A DNA stretch of 64,000 nucleotides, from contig CAWDJN010000008.1 of assembly GCA_963802695.1 (NCBI GenBank), positions 13,778 to 77,777 on the forward strand, given 5' to 3'. The DNA comes from an uncultured Acidobacteriaceae bacterium (GTDB lineage: Bacteria > Acidobacteriota > Terriglobia > Terriglobales > Acidobacteriaceae). Made by a program: the position numbers and the translations under genes. The notes under the pieces were generated by a model, which worked only from the letters and a program-made list of their open reading frames with translations, made no database searches and was not told the origin of the DNA. Positions 1 to 9,751 of this stretch are shown here, in pieces (positions within the stretch are counted from its first letter, which is position 1; each line of letters opens with the position of its first letter).

Positions 1-1144
1 CCGTAGCCGTTCCAAAGAGCCTGATAATTGCCTTTGCGTTCTCTCGCATGTCATATCGCCGCTGAAAGCACTGATAGGCAAGCTCTGCCATGCGCTCCCG
101 TTCTGGGATGGTCATGCCAATCCACCTCTGGAGCAGCCGCAACGTTCCCTCTGCAGTATCTAACTCCATCAGCCCCGCGCCATCTTCAGCGATGTCCTCA
201 GCTATGTTTACTTTGTCTGCCAACAGCACCGGTTTTCCGCAAGCCAGAGCCTCGGCTACCGCGATACCGAAGTTTTCCTGGTGAGAAGGCAGAATGAACG
301 CCTCAGATCCGTAAAATGCACCCCACTTCGCGTCGCCAGTCAACATCCCTGGCCAAAAGACGCGATGCTCGATCCCCGCGCTTGCCGCAGTCGCCTTCAA
401 CTTCGCGCTCCATTGTTGTTGATCGGGGCCAGCCATCACAAGATAAAGATCCGGATCATCGGCTGCCACCTTTGCGAAAGCATCGATCAGTAGATCGCAT
501 CCTTTCTTACGATGGATGCGACCGAGGAAGAGAAGGTATCGTTTGCCAACGGCCTCGGGACATTTCGCGAAGAACGCACGCTTCTGTACTTCGGGATCCC
601 CTGTAGGGCCACTGGCACCATACGGCACGACATAGGGATTCCAACGATGCATCCAAAAACTTTCTTCCGCCAGCCTTTTTTCCGCCTTGGATGTAAAAAG
701 GACACGGTAGGCGCCACGGAGGATCCAGTACTCTGCCGGAATCCAGTAAAGCCACTTCTTCACATGTTTAAGCGGAAACGCGTGCTTAAAATAAGGATCC
801 AGCATGCCGTGCGTAAACACGACATACGGTGTGTTGCCGGCAAGAGTACGCCATGCGGCAAATCCGCAGTATTGCCAAAGCCCATTGACCACAACACCAT
901 CAAAGCGATGGCGGTTATCTCTCAACCACGGCAGCAGTTTGGAGTTGAACCCGTACTTGGTGTTCGTCGGTCCAAGGGCGTGTACCGGAAATCCGATATC
1001 GCTCAGGTAGGGTGCTGACGGATCATCCAGCGTTACCACCTCGCCTGTGTAACCGATGGGGCCGTAACTGAGCAAAACCCTTACAGACTCAGTGGGTCCA
1101 CCGGCCTCAGGGTTCAACGTTCCGATGATGTGAAGAATTCGCAT
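1..1144 (-). CDS. Glycosyltransferase family 4 (3' end runs off the window)
   Basis: Not in the ORF track because it has no stop inside the window. Manual translation from ATG 1144 gives MRILHIIGTLNPEAGGP...VVNGLWQY, a GT-B-type N-terminus; the same frame reads ...RRYDMRENAKAIIRLFGTAT at the window edge. Confidence 0.85.
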   Translation of the reverse strand, partial: MRILHIIGTLNPEAGGPTESVRVLLSYGPIGYTGEVVTLDDPSAPYLSDIGFPVHALGPTNTKYGFNSKLLPWLRDNRHRFDGVVVNGLWQYCGFAAWRTLAGNTPYVVFTHGMLDPYFKHAFPLKHVKKWLYWIPAEYWILRGAYRVLFTSKAEKRLAEESFWMHRWNPYVVPYGASGPTGDPEVQKRAFFAKCPEAVGKRYLLFLGRIHRKKGCDLLIDAFAKVAADDPDLYLVMAGPDQQQWSAKLKATAASAGIEHRVFWPGMLTGDAKWGAFYGSEAFILPSHQENFGIAVAEALACGKPVLLADKVNIAEDIAEDGAGLMELDTAEGTLRLLQRWIGMTIPERERMAELAYQCFQRRYDMRENAKAIIRLFGTAT

Positions 1145-1220
1145 CAGTTTCCTGCCATTACTTTCGAGCATAACAGCAGAATTTGTGGTTGTGGCAATCG
1201 CCGCGGCTGCCATATATCTC

Positions 1221-2483
1221 TCACGTCCTCAGCTTTCTAGTAACAAAAGCAATTCCTCGCCGAAGGCCCCGGACATCCTCTTCATAGTCCCATTTGCTGA
1301 TCCGCTCCAACGCACGTTTTCCCATGGCGTCTGCTGTCGAAGGTTGAGCCAGAACCTTTCGTAATGCGTCGGTGAGAGCGGCTACATTGCCAGCAGGGAA
1401 CACGCAGCCTTCAACCCCGTCTGAGACCAAATCAGGTTGACACCCAACATCGTCCGAAACAATGACAGCCCTCCCCGCGTTCATGACTTCATTCACAATC
1501 AAGCCCCATGGTTCATTCAACGAGGGAAGCACAAAGACGGTCGCAATGTCGAAGAATCCTGGCAACTCCGTCTGGTTGCGGAAGCCGCAGAAGCGAACGC
1601 TGCGAAAACCGCTCTCGGCCACACGTTTCTCCAACGCAGCCCGTTCTTCACCATCGCCAACAATAACAAGATAAGGATCCGGTTCAATCCCATCCCCTGG
1701 CGATAATTTTAGATAAGCCTCAAGCAAATCGCCGCAACGCTTTCGATTTTGCAACTTCGAGGCGAACAGAATTATGGGCCGAGAACGATCGAGATTCAGC
1801 TGTTGCAACAATTCATTTCGCTTAAGAGAGGCTTCCCGGCACTGTCTTTGAAAGTAGTCATTGTCGACGGCATAAGGCATCAGGAACTGCGGAACGCCGT
1901 CTCCAAGGTAATGTCGCCAATACGCTGAATTGGAGCTCCCGATCGGCAACACTCCATCGACAAAATACCGTAACAGGCCGAAGAACAATCTCTTCGCATC
2001 GCTCTTCAACCCCGTTTCTCCCGTCAAAGCCAGCCGCGATTCTGCCCTAAGCAGGACAGGTATCCCCAGCAACTTCGCCACCAGCATTCCCTGAAGCGTG
2101 TTTAGAGTGGAATAGCCATGGACCCAGAGCACATCAAAACCGGCCCGGCTCTCATCGCCCAGCAGACGACGAAAGATCCCGTAGTTGAATTGAGTTGTCC
2201 GCCCCGTCCTTCGCTTATCCCAAATAACGGGCAGGAACTCATAATCGTATCCGTCGAGCAGCGGAACATCCCACTTCACATCGACTCCGAAGCCCTTGTC
2301 GGCATATTGATGAACAGAAAAGTTCGACGCGAAGAGAGCCGTTAGCTCAATATCCGGTTCCTGCGATATCCGGCGAAGCAGGGGAACCTGATATTGGATC
2401 GGATGACTTACCAGGTAGGCGACTCGAACCTTTCTTTTCGATACATTTCCCTCTCTATTCATCCTGGAGTTGGGCATCATCAA
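1221..2483 (-). CDS. Glycosyltransferase family 4
   Basis: FVLPSLNEPWGLIVNEVMNAG (GT4 E-x7-E motif); located in EPS cluster. Confidence 0.9.
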   Translation of the reverse strand: MMMPNSRMNREGNVSKRKVRVAYLVSHPIQYQVPLLRRISQEPDIELTALFASNFSVHQYADKGFGVDVKWDVPLLDGYDYEFLPVIWDKRRTGRTTQFNYGIFRRLLGDESRAGFDVLWVHGYSTLNTLQGMLVAKLLGIPVLLRAESRLALTGETGLKSDAKRLFFGLLRYFVDGVLPIGSSNSAYWRHYLGDGVPQFLMPYAVDNDYFQRQCREASLKRNELLQQLNLDRSRPIILFASKLQNRKRCGDLLEAYLKLSPGDGIEPDPYLVIVGDGEERAALEKRVAESGFRSVRFCGFRNQTELPGFFDIATVFVLPSLNEPWGLIVNEVMNAGRAVIVSDDVGCQPDLVSDGVEGCVFPAGNVAALTDALRKVLAQPSTADAMGKRALERISKWDYEEDVRGLRRGIAFVTRKLRT

Positions 2484-2498
2484 GGTGGTTGGCGCTCT

Positions 2499-3752
2499 CT
2501 ACGCAACGATCTTGCGGGTTAGTTGGGCAATGGCCTGGCGTAGGGCCAAGACGTCTTCTTCGAAGCTCCACGATTGAATTCGCTTCAGTGCATTTTCACC
2601 CATCTTCCCGGCCATTTCTGGTTGGGACAATACGCGACCCAGCGCATTAGCCAGCGCCTGAACATCACCGACCGGGAAAACGCATCCTTCCACGCCGTCA
2701 GCAATCAGGTCCGGATGACAGCCAACGTCGTCGGAAACAATGACTGCCCGCCCGGAGTTCATGACTTCATTGACGACCAATCCCCAGGGTTCATGACGAG
2801 CTGGCAGAACAAATACGGTCGCAATATCAAAAAACCGCGGTAGTTCCGATTGGTTTCGAAAGCCGCAGAATCGAACGTCCGTTAACCCCTCCGTCCGCGC
2901 TTTTTCTTCAAGGGCGACTCGCTCTTCCCCATCTCCCACAATCACAAGATAAGGCCGAGCAGCGCAGACTTCACTCTCGATCAAGATACGATAAGCGTCG
3001 AACAAATCGGAGCAGTGTTTACGTCGTTGCAGCTTCGAGGCGAACAAGATGACAGGTCTGCCATCCTCAAGTCCGAGTTCCAGCTGCAACTCATTCCGCG
3101 TCGCTGCTGCTTCAAGGCTTCGTTGGCGAAAATATTCGTTATCCACCGCGTAGGGCATCAGGAAAAATGGGACGGCAGTTCCGAAGTAGTGCCTCCAATA
3201 CTCCTGGTTGAGCGTGCCAACCGGCAAAACCCCCGCCACCAGCTGCTTCAGCCCCTCAAAAAAGAGTTGCTTGAACAAAAGTTTGGGACCACTGCGTGGG
3301 CGGTCTCGCAACCACATATCGCCGCGCAACAGCACAGGAATGCCGAGAGCCTTCGCAGCTAACATTCCGTGCAGGGCATTGACCATGGCGTACCCGTGTA
3401 CCCAAAGCACATCAAACTCCGGTTCAAGCCTGTTCCCGCGAAGAGCACTGAAAATGCCGTAGTTCAGAGGTGTTGTGACGGTCTGTGTGCCATCGTCTCG
3501 CAAGACGGGTAGAAACCGATGGCGATATCCATCCAGAAGCGGCACATCCCATTTCACTGAGACGCCGAAACCCTCATCCGAGTAGTTTCGCAGAGAGAAA
3601 TCAGAACCGAAGAGCACGGTTAGATCGATGTCGGGCTCTTGCGCAATTCGCCGCAATAGCGGCGCCTGATATTGGATAGGATGGCTTACCAAATATGCCA
3701 GCCTTACCTTCTTTTTCCGACCGTTGCCCATCTCTGAAGCAGCTAAAACCAT
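2499..3752 (-). CDS. Glycosyltransferase family 4, paralog of the adjacent gene
   Basis: FVLPARHEPWGLVVNEVMNSG; long stretches identical to 1221..2483. Confidence 0.9.
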   Translation of the reverse strand: MVLAASEMGNGRKKKVRLAYLVSHPIQYQAPLLRRIAQEPDIDLTVLFGSDFSLRNYSDEGFGVSVKWDVPLLDGYRHRFLPVLRDDGTQTVTTPLNYGIFSALRGNRLEPEFDVLWVHGYAMVNALHGMLAAKALGIPVLLRGDMWLRDRPRSGPKLLFKQLFFEGLKQLVAGVLPVGTLNQEYWRHYFGTAVPFFLMPYAVDNEYFRQRSLEAAATRNELQLELGLEDGRPVILFASKLQRRKHCSDLFDAYRILIESEVCAARPYLVIVGDGEERVALEEKARTEGLTDVRFCGFRNQSELPRFFDIATVFVLPARHEPWGLVVNEVMNSGRAVIVSDDVGCHPDLIADGVEGCVFPVGDVQALANALGRVLSQPEMAGKMGENALKRIQSWSFEEDVLALRQAIAQLTRKIVA

Positions 3753-3819
3753 ATCTCGTCAGGCTTCATGCAAATCTCCCGCCAGTGAACTTCATTCGTT
3801 GACAAATCTCGCTTATTGA

Positions 3820-4878
3820 TTAGTAGCCTGCCGCGAGGAGAAGGATGGATGCAACTCCTAACAAGGTACCGATGCCGCCGGATTTAATCGCCGCCTTCAT
3901 CTGGTTGGTGGGCAGGAAAATAATATCCTCCGCCTGTAATACAGGATCGGGAGCTCGACCTTCGATGACTTTCCCTATGTCGACGTGAACTACCTGCCGA
4001 TCGACCCCAACCGAGCGAATAATCCGCAGGTCGCTTTTCTGGCCCTCAAAACCTGGTCCACCGGCAAGAGCAGCAACCTTCATCAAGGTCAAAGGTGAGT
4101 TTTGTTGAAGCGGAATCGCGCCTTGAACCTTGAAGGCGCCCTAGCAGATAGACCACGCCAACCCGCGGCACTATGATCGTGTCCCGAGGGAATATCGGAA
4201 TATCGGCGAGCGCGCTCTTGGCTGGATCTGTACCCAGATCCACAACGATGGGCTCTTTCAAACCGTAGCGGTTGATGGTTATAACGTGACTTGCAGTTGA
4301 AGGCAATCCACCTACCCCGCTCCGACCACAACAGTCGTAGTGCCGCCTGCCCACCTCCACCTCCTCCGCCAGCCGCCGCTAGAACATCGTACAGTCGCCT
4401 CTCTCCGATAACAGGAACAATCCCATGTATTTCCCCGACGAGAGTGGCGATCTGATTTGGCGATTCGGTAATCTGAATCGATACCTGGGGGTCGCGATAC
4501 ATGCCGGCACTCACCAGCTTTTGGGCAATAAGAGCCTGTGCCTGGTGCAGGGTAAGGTCATCCACTTGGACGGTCCCAATCAATGGAAGTTGGACTGTCC
4601 CATCCTGGGCTATGCGTACTGTTGGAGCGTAGTCCTGACTCTCGAAGATGTGGACGGTAATGAGATCTCCGCGCCCCAGGTAAGCATCCCGGTTCGGCGG
4701 AAAAAGAATCGCCGGATCCGTCGTTATTACTACGGGCGGGTTGACCGGCGTCGAGATTCCGAGCGCCGGTCCGCTGAACTGAGCACTGGCCGCAAGACTG
4801 CATAAAAGTCAGCAACAGCCCCGCGGCGGCACTCACGACAAATCGGCTGTTATGAAGAGCATTGCGCAATTGTTTCAT
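3820..4878 (-). pseudogene. wza: Polysaccharide export protein (Wza/SLBB-type) split by 3-4 frameshifts (pseudogene or sequencing error)
   Basis: Fragments join into signal peptide, Poly_export (DGTVQLPLIGTVQV) and SLBB (VPRVGVVYLLG-AFKVQG; LQAEDIIFLP) parts. Shifts near 4805, 4320-4350 and 4140. Overlaps the wzc stop. Confidence 0.8.
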
Positions 4879-7130
4879 CGCTTCGTCCCCTCCACCTCGT
4901 GTGTCTCTTCTCCTGAAGTCTTGTGAGACTCCCAGCTATCCGAATCCACGCTCGAGTACGAATAACCCGAGTATCCGTAGTATCCGTAGTACTCTGGCGA
5001 ATTCAAATCGACAGCGTTCAGGACAATGCCGGTAATACCTGCACCCGATCGCAGGAGGATGTCCCTGGCTCGCCGCACCACGTGTTTGCTGGATTTACCG
5101 TGACGCACGACAAGAACAACGGCATCCGCCTGTCTTGCGAGGATGACGCCATCGGTGACGGAAAGGATCGGAGGAGAGTCGATGACGATGTAGTCATAGA
5201 GTTCTCCGCATCGTTTCAGGATTGCCTCCATCGCACCGGAACTCAACATCTCTGTCGGGAAAGGAGGAACAGGCCCGCTAGGCAGAATGTCGAGATTTGG
5301 AATCTCCGGCACACCCTGCACGGTCTCTTCCAAACTGGTTGCTCCAGTCAACACTGTCGTAAGGCCGACCTTTCCGTTCAACCCAAAACGGTGATGAATA
5401 TTGGGTCGACGCAGGTCGCCATCTATCAGAAGAACCCTGGTATCTCGCTGAGCCAGGATCGCTGCCAGGTTGCTCGCCGCCGTCGTCTTTCCTTCCGACG
5501 GGGTAGCGCTCGTCAGCACGATGATCTTAGGAGGATGTCCGGCAGTCGAAAGAAGCAGGGAAGTGCGAAGAGAACGGAAGGCCTCGGCGAACTGCGACTT
5601 CGGTTGCGTCAATATTCCGATGTTCCGCTGTGCCGTTGTCAATGTCCCGGCCTGATCGACAGAGGAGCGACGGGCTCGCGGAATAATGGCCAGCGATGGC
5701 AACTCCGTGATGCTTTCGATCTCCGCGATGCTGCGCAATCCAGTGTCTAAGCTCTCCATCAGGAAGGCCACTACAATTCCAGCCAGAATGCTGAAAACAA
5801 GTGCTGTAAGGATGATTGTCGACTGCGGCTGCAACAGAGGGTTTGCCGGCGGTAATGCCGGGTCGACTACATCGATCTCCAGAGACTCCAGGCCCGACTG
5901 AACACTGGCAGTACGCAGACGCTGCTGCAGACTGTCGTATAGGGTGCGATTAGCTTCAAATTCCCGCTGTCGGAGAGTGTACTCAACGAGTTGGTCGCGC
6001 AATTTATAAGCATCTGTCTTTTGAGCTTCCAGAGCGGCAGTGGTCTGGTCTTCATTGGCACGCGCAACAACGTAGTTTTCCTTTGCCTGCAGCAGAAGAC
6101 GGTTTTGTTCAGCGTCAATCTCTTTTGTAAGCTCGTCCATCTGCGCTTTCAGGGCTTTTGCCTGAGGATGGTTTGGTCCAAGCGAAGATTCCAACTGCGC
6201 GTAGCTCGACCTTGCGGTGGCCAACTGTCCCCGAAGCACGTTCAGTTCTCCAGGCGCCGTCCCCGGGGTCAACTCGAGTGCACTTTCGATCGAGTCCGGA
6301 TCCATTCCGCTGATGACGCGATAGCGCGCCTCCGCAATAATGCGAGCCAATTTCGCCGCCGCCGACGCTCTCGCCAAATCATCGAGCGAGCTGCTGATTT
6401 GATTGTGGGTTGGATCGAAGCCCAGGATACCCAACCGGCGCTGCAGATCCATCATCTGCTCCTGCGATGTCTCCACCTGCTGCTTGAGGTCGTCGAGTTT
6501 GCCGGAGAGCCACTCAGAGACTCGTTGCGACGAGTCAAAGCGTGTCTGATAGCTGCGCTGGATGTAATCGGAAATTACCTTGTTGACAATGTCGGCTGAG
6601 AGCTTCGGATTCAAGCTGCTGTAACTGATGCGAATGATGTCGGTCTTTGGAACGAGAGTAACGTGCAGGTTGCTCGCCAACCGGTGAACCGTCGCTTGCC
6701 TGATAACCCCATCATCCAGGCTGGTGTGGGGTACTGGGCCCTTTCGTTCGAGGAAATCAGCATTGTTGGACAGGTCCATCTCGCGGCAAACTTTAAGCAT
6801 CAGCGAGTCGCTTTTGAGAATCTCAATCTCTGTCAACATCTTCGAACTGGAGTCCCCACCGGAACCCTGTATTGCGCTGACTCTATATTCGTTCGACGCA
6901 CCCGACCGTACCTGAATCCGTCCGTAAGCGTCGTAAAGCTTTGGCTGAGATTCTGCCTTGTAAACCCCGTACGCCAAGCCCAGCAGTACGGCAATAATCA
7001 GGACCCACCGTCGTTTCCGCAGCACAATCAGCGCTTCAGACAGCGTCGTATCTGTAACCGTCGTACTGAACCCGCTCTGGTTAGTCTCCGGTGCACCCGT
7101 GACCGGCGGTCGCGTATTTTGGGAACCCAT
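4875..7130 (-). CDS. wzc: Polysaccharide co-polymerase / tyrosine autokinase (Wzc/GumC)
   Basis: Two TM segments, coiled coil, Walker A SATPSEGKTT, IDGDLRRP, IDSPP, C-terminal Tyr cluster YYGYYGYSGYSY. Confidence 0.93.
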   Translation of the reverse strand: MGSQNTRPPVTGAPETNQSGFSTTVTDTTLSEALIVLRKRRWVLIIAVLLGLAYGVYKAESQPKLYDAYGRIQVRSGASNEYRVSAIQGSGGDSSSKMLTEIEILKSDSLMLKVCREMDLSNNADFLERKGPVPHTSLDDGVIRQATVHRLASNLHVTLVPKTDIIRISYSSLNPKLSADIVNKVISDYIQRSYQTRFDSSQRVSEWLSGKLDDLKQQVETSQEQMMDLQRRLGILGFDPTHNQISSSLDDLARASAAAKLARIIAEARYRVISGMDPDSIESALELTPGTAPGELNVLRGQLATARSSYAQLESSLGPNHPQAKALKAQMDELTKEIDAEQNRLLLQAKENYVVARANEDQTTAALEAQKTDAYKLRDQLVEYTLRQREFEANRTLYDSLQQRLRTASVQSGLESLEIDVVDPALPPANPLLQPQSTIILTALVFSILAGIVVAFLMESLDTGLRSIAEIESITELPSLAIIPRARRSSVDQAGTLTTAQRNIGILTQPKSQFAEAFRSLRTSLLLSTAGHPPKIIVLTSATPSEGKTTAASNLAAILAQRDTRVLLIDGDLRRPNIHHRFGLNGKVGLTTVLTGATSLEETVQGVPEIPNLDILPSGPVPPFPTEMLSSGAMEAILKRCGELYDYIVIDSPPILSVTDGVILARQADAVVLVVRHGKSSKHVVRRARDILLRSGAGITGIVLNAVDLNSPEYYGYYGYSGYSYSSVDSDSWESHKTSGEETHEVEGTKR

Positions 7131-7269
7131 TCCCCCTAGTCTACCCGAGTGTGCCTAGCAGAGGAAGACCGTATCCTCAATGCCAACATAAAGGTATAAA
7201 AGGCTGTCCTACTCTGGAATTCCGCCAACATCGGATATCCTCTTTGATAAGGAACAACACCGCAACAAT

Positions 7270-8685
7270 ATGAACGAAAACGTCAAAATTGCTGTTGTCG
7301 GATCGGGATATGTAGGTCTTGTGGCTGCTGTTTGCTTCGCGGAAATGGGACACGACGTCATTTGCGTTGATAACGATGAGCGGAAAGTTGCGGCTCTTCA
7401 GGCAGGAGATTCTCTCATTCACGAAAGCGGCCTCCCCGAGCTCCTGCAAAAATTCGGCAACACGAAAGTCCGATTCACGACAGACCTCGCGCATGCTACA
7501 AGCGAAAGCGATGCCATCTTCATCGCCGTAGGAACACCCCAGAATCAGGCTGGGGATGCCGATCTCTCATTTGTCGAGGCTGTGGCATGCGAAATTGCTC
7601 GTTCGCTCACCGGCTATAAGGTCATCGTCGAAAAGAGCACCGTTCCCGTCTACACAAACGAGTGGATCACTCGTTCGATGGAGCGTAACGGCGCCGCCCG
7701 CCACCTCTTTGATGTGGTCTCCAACCCGGAATTTCTCCGTGAGGGAACTGCCATCTCCGATTTCCTTCACCCCGATCGCATCGTAGTAGGCGCTGATGAT
7801 GAACGTGCCGCCGAGGTATTAGACCGAATCTATCGACCCCTCACGAGTGGCAGTTACTATCTGCAGCCTGGAGCTCTCGCCGGGGCTTGCAACGCCGGCT
7901 CTCCGCCACCCCTTGTGCTGACATCCACCAAGAGCGCCGAGATCATTAAGCATGCCTCCAACGCCTTCCTCGCTATGAAGATCTCGTTCATCAATGCGGT
8001 CTCCAATCTTTGCGAAGCTACCAATGCGAACGTCGAACAGGTCGCTCGCGGCATCGGCCTGGACAGTCGTATCGGACCCAAATTTCTCCGTCCGGGCGTC
8101 GGTTATGGCGGCTCCTGCTTCCCAAAAGACGTAGCCGCCTTTCGCTCTGTAGCAGAGCAACTGGGCATAGACTTCACCCTCCTCGTTGAAGTTGAGAAGA
8201 TCAATGATCAACAGAAAAAACGCTTTCTTAGTAAGGTTCGCGCCGCTTTGTGGACCCTCCGCGGAAAACGCATCGGCGTTTTGGGTCTCGCCTTCAAGGG
8301 AGGAACAGACGACATTCGGGAATCGCCCGCGATTGAAATCGTCGAAATGCTCCTCGCAGAAGGTTGTTCCATCTCGGCTTATGATCCCGCGGCAATCAAG
8401 CGAACTAAGGATGTTCTCCCGGGCCAGCCCAATCTTAGCTACGCAGCCAATGCCTATGCTGCCGCGAAGGACGCCGACGCTCTCCTCATCCTTACGGACT
8501 GGGCAGAATTTGCAATGCTCGATCTCGACCGCCTTAACAAAACGCTTCGGTATCCGATCATCGTTGATGGTCGGAATCTGTACGATCCGGATATCATGAT
8601 CAAATACGGCTTTACATACATTAGTGTTGGTCGGCCTGCAGCTCACCCAGTGCGAGACCTCTCATCGTCCACGGCCAACATCTAA
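7270..8685 (+). CDS. ugd: UDP-glucose 6-dehydrogenase
   Basis: GSGYVG Rossmann motif, SNPEFLREG, GYGGSCFPKD. Confidence 0.95.
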   Translation: MNENVKIAVVGSGYVGLVAAVCFAEMGHDVICVDNDERKVAALQAGDSLIHESGLPELLQKFGNTKVRFTTDLAHATSESDAIFIAVGTPQNQAGDADLSFVEAVACEIARSLTGYKVIVEKSTVPVYTNEWITRSMERNGAARHLFDVVSNPEFLREGTAISDFLHPDRIVVGADDERAAEVLDRIYRPLTSGSYYLQPGALAGACNAGSPPPLVLTSTKSAEIIKHASNAFLAMKISFINAVSNLCEATNANVEQVARGIGLDSRIGPKFLRPGVGYGGSCFPKDVAAFRSVAEQLGIDFTLLVEVEKINDQQKKRFLSKVRAALWTLRGKRIGVLGLAFKGGTDDIRESPAIEIVEMLLAEGCSISAYDPAAIKRTKDVLPGQPNLSYAANAYAAAKDADALLILTDWAEFAMLDLDRLNKTLRYPIIVDGRNLYDPDIMIKYGFTYISVGRPAAHPVRDLSSSTANI

Positions 8686-8792
8686 CACCCGCGGCTTAGA
8701 ACACTCGACTTCCGTGCAAACTTCCCGACCCACCTTTGTTCGTGGATTGAAGAGAGTGGCAATGGTTGACGTAGACAGAAGAAAGGCAGTAG

Positions 8793-9731
8793 ATGACGTC
8801 TCAAACTTTTCTAGTCACTGGAGCAGCCGGTTTTCTCGGCTCCCATCTATGTGACGCTTTACTCGCTGAAGGGCACTCAGTCCTCGGTACCGATAACTTG
8901 AGTACGGGCAATCTGGCTAACCTCGAGCATCTTCGCAGGGAAAGCCGATTCAGTCTCGTTGAGCAGGATATCTGTAAGCCCTTCGACCTGGGCCGGGTCG
9001 ATTTCATCTTCAACTTCGCATCTCCCGCAAGCCCCGTCGACTACACGCGTCTCGGAGTCGAAACCCTCCTGGTTGGCTCCGCCGGGACCATCAATACCCT
9101 GGACCTTGCTCGCAAATACAGTGCCGGCTATCTCCATGCCTCCACGTCCGAGTGTTACGGCGATCCCGAAGTCCATCCTCAGGTTGAATCCTACTGGGGA
9201 CACGTCAACCCCGTCGGTCCGCGTTCCGTCTATGACGAAGCCAAGCGGTTCTCTGAGGCGGCCGTCACCGCTTATCACCGCTACTACGGCGTAGATACGC
9301 GGCTTGTCCGAAGATTTAATACCTACGGCCCCAGGCTCCAGCCCAATGACGGCCGGGTCATCTCGAACTTCATGGTGCAGGCGCTTCAAGGTGAGCCGCT
9401 CACCATCTATGGCGAAGGCTCACAGACTCGCAGCTTCTGTTATGTCTCGGATCTCATCGAGGGCATCCTGCTACTCTCGCGTTCGCAGGAGCATCTTCCC
9501 GTCAATATCGGCAATCCCGATGAGTGGACCATCCTTGAGTGCGCTCGCGAAGTTCTCGCCGTCACCGGCTCCAAATCCGAAATTTTCTTTCATCCTCTTC
9601 CGCAAGACGATCCCGCCCGGCGCCGGCCTGACATCGCACGAGCCAGAACTCTGCTTGGCTGGGAACCGAAGATCAAATTGAGACAGGGACTGGAAAAGTC
9701 GCTCGAATACTTCAAGTCATTCGCCCCATGA
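8793..9731 (+). CDS. UDP-glucuronate decarboxylase (UDP-xylose synthase-like NAD-dependent epimerase family)
   Basis: [36 protein letters not shown]. Confidence 0.9.
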   Translation: MTSQTFLVTGAAGFLGSHLCDALLAEGHSVLGTDNLSTGNLANLEHLRRESRFSLVEQDICKPFDLGRVDFIFNFASPASPVDYTRLGVETLLVGSAGTINTLDLARKYSAGYLHASTSECYGDPEVHPQVESYWGHVNPVGPRSVYDEAKRFSEAAVTAYHRYYGVDTRLVRRFNTYGPRLQPNDGRVISNFMVQALQGEPLTIYGEGSQTRSFCYVSDLIEGILLLSRSQEHLPVNIGNPDEWTILECAREVLAVTGSKSEIFFHPLPQDDPARRRPDIARARTLLGWEPKIKLRQGLEKSLEYFKSFAP

Positions 9732-9751
9732 TCTACAAGGCGGCAACTGCA

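Noticed and set aside
9305-9320. VRRFNTYG instead of VRIFNTYG in the UDP-GlcA decarboxylase
   Set aside because: Single substitution in an error-prone assembly; not interpretable
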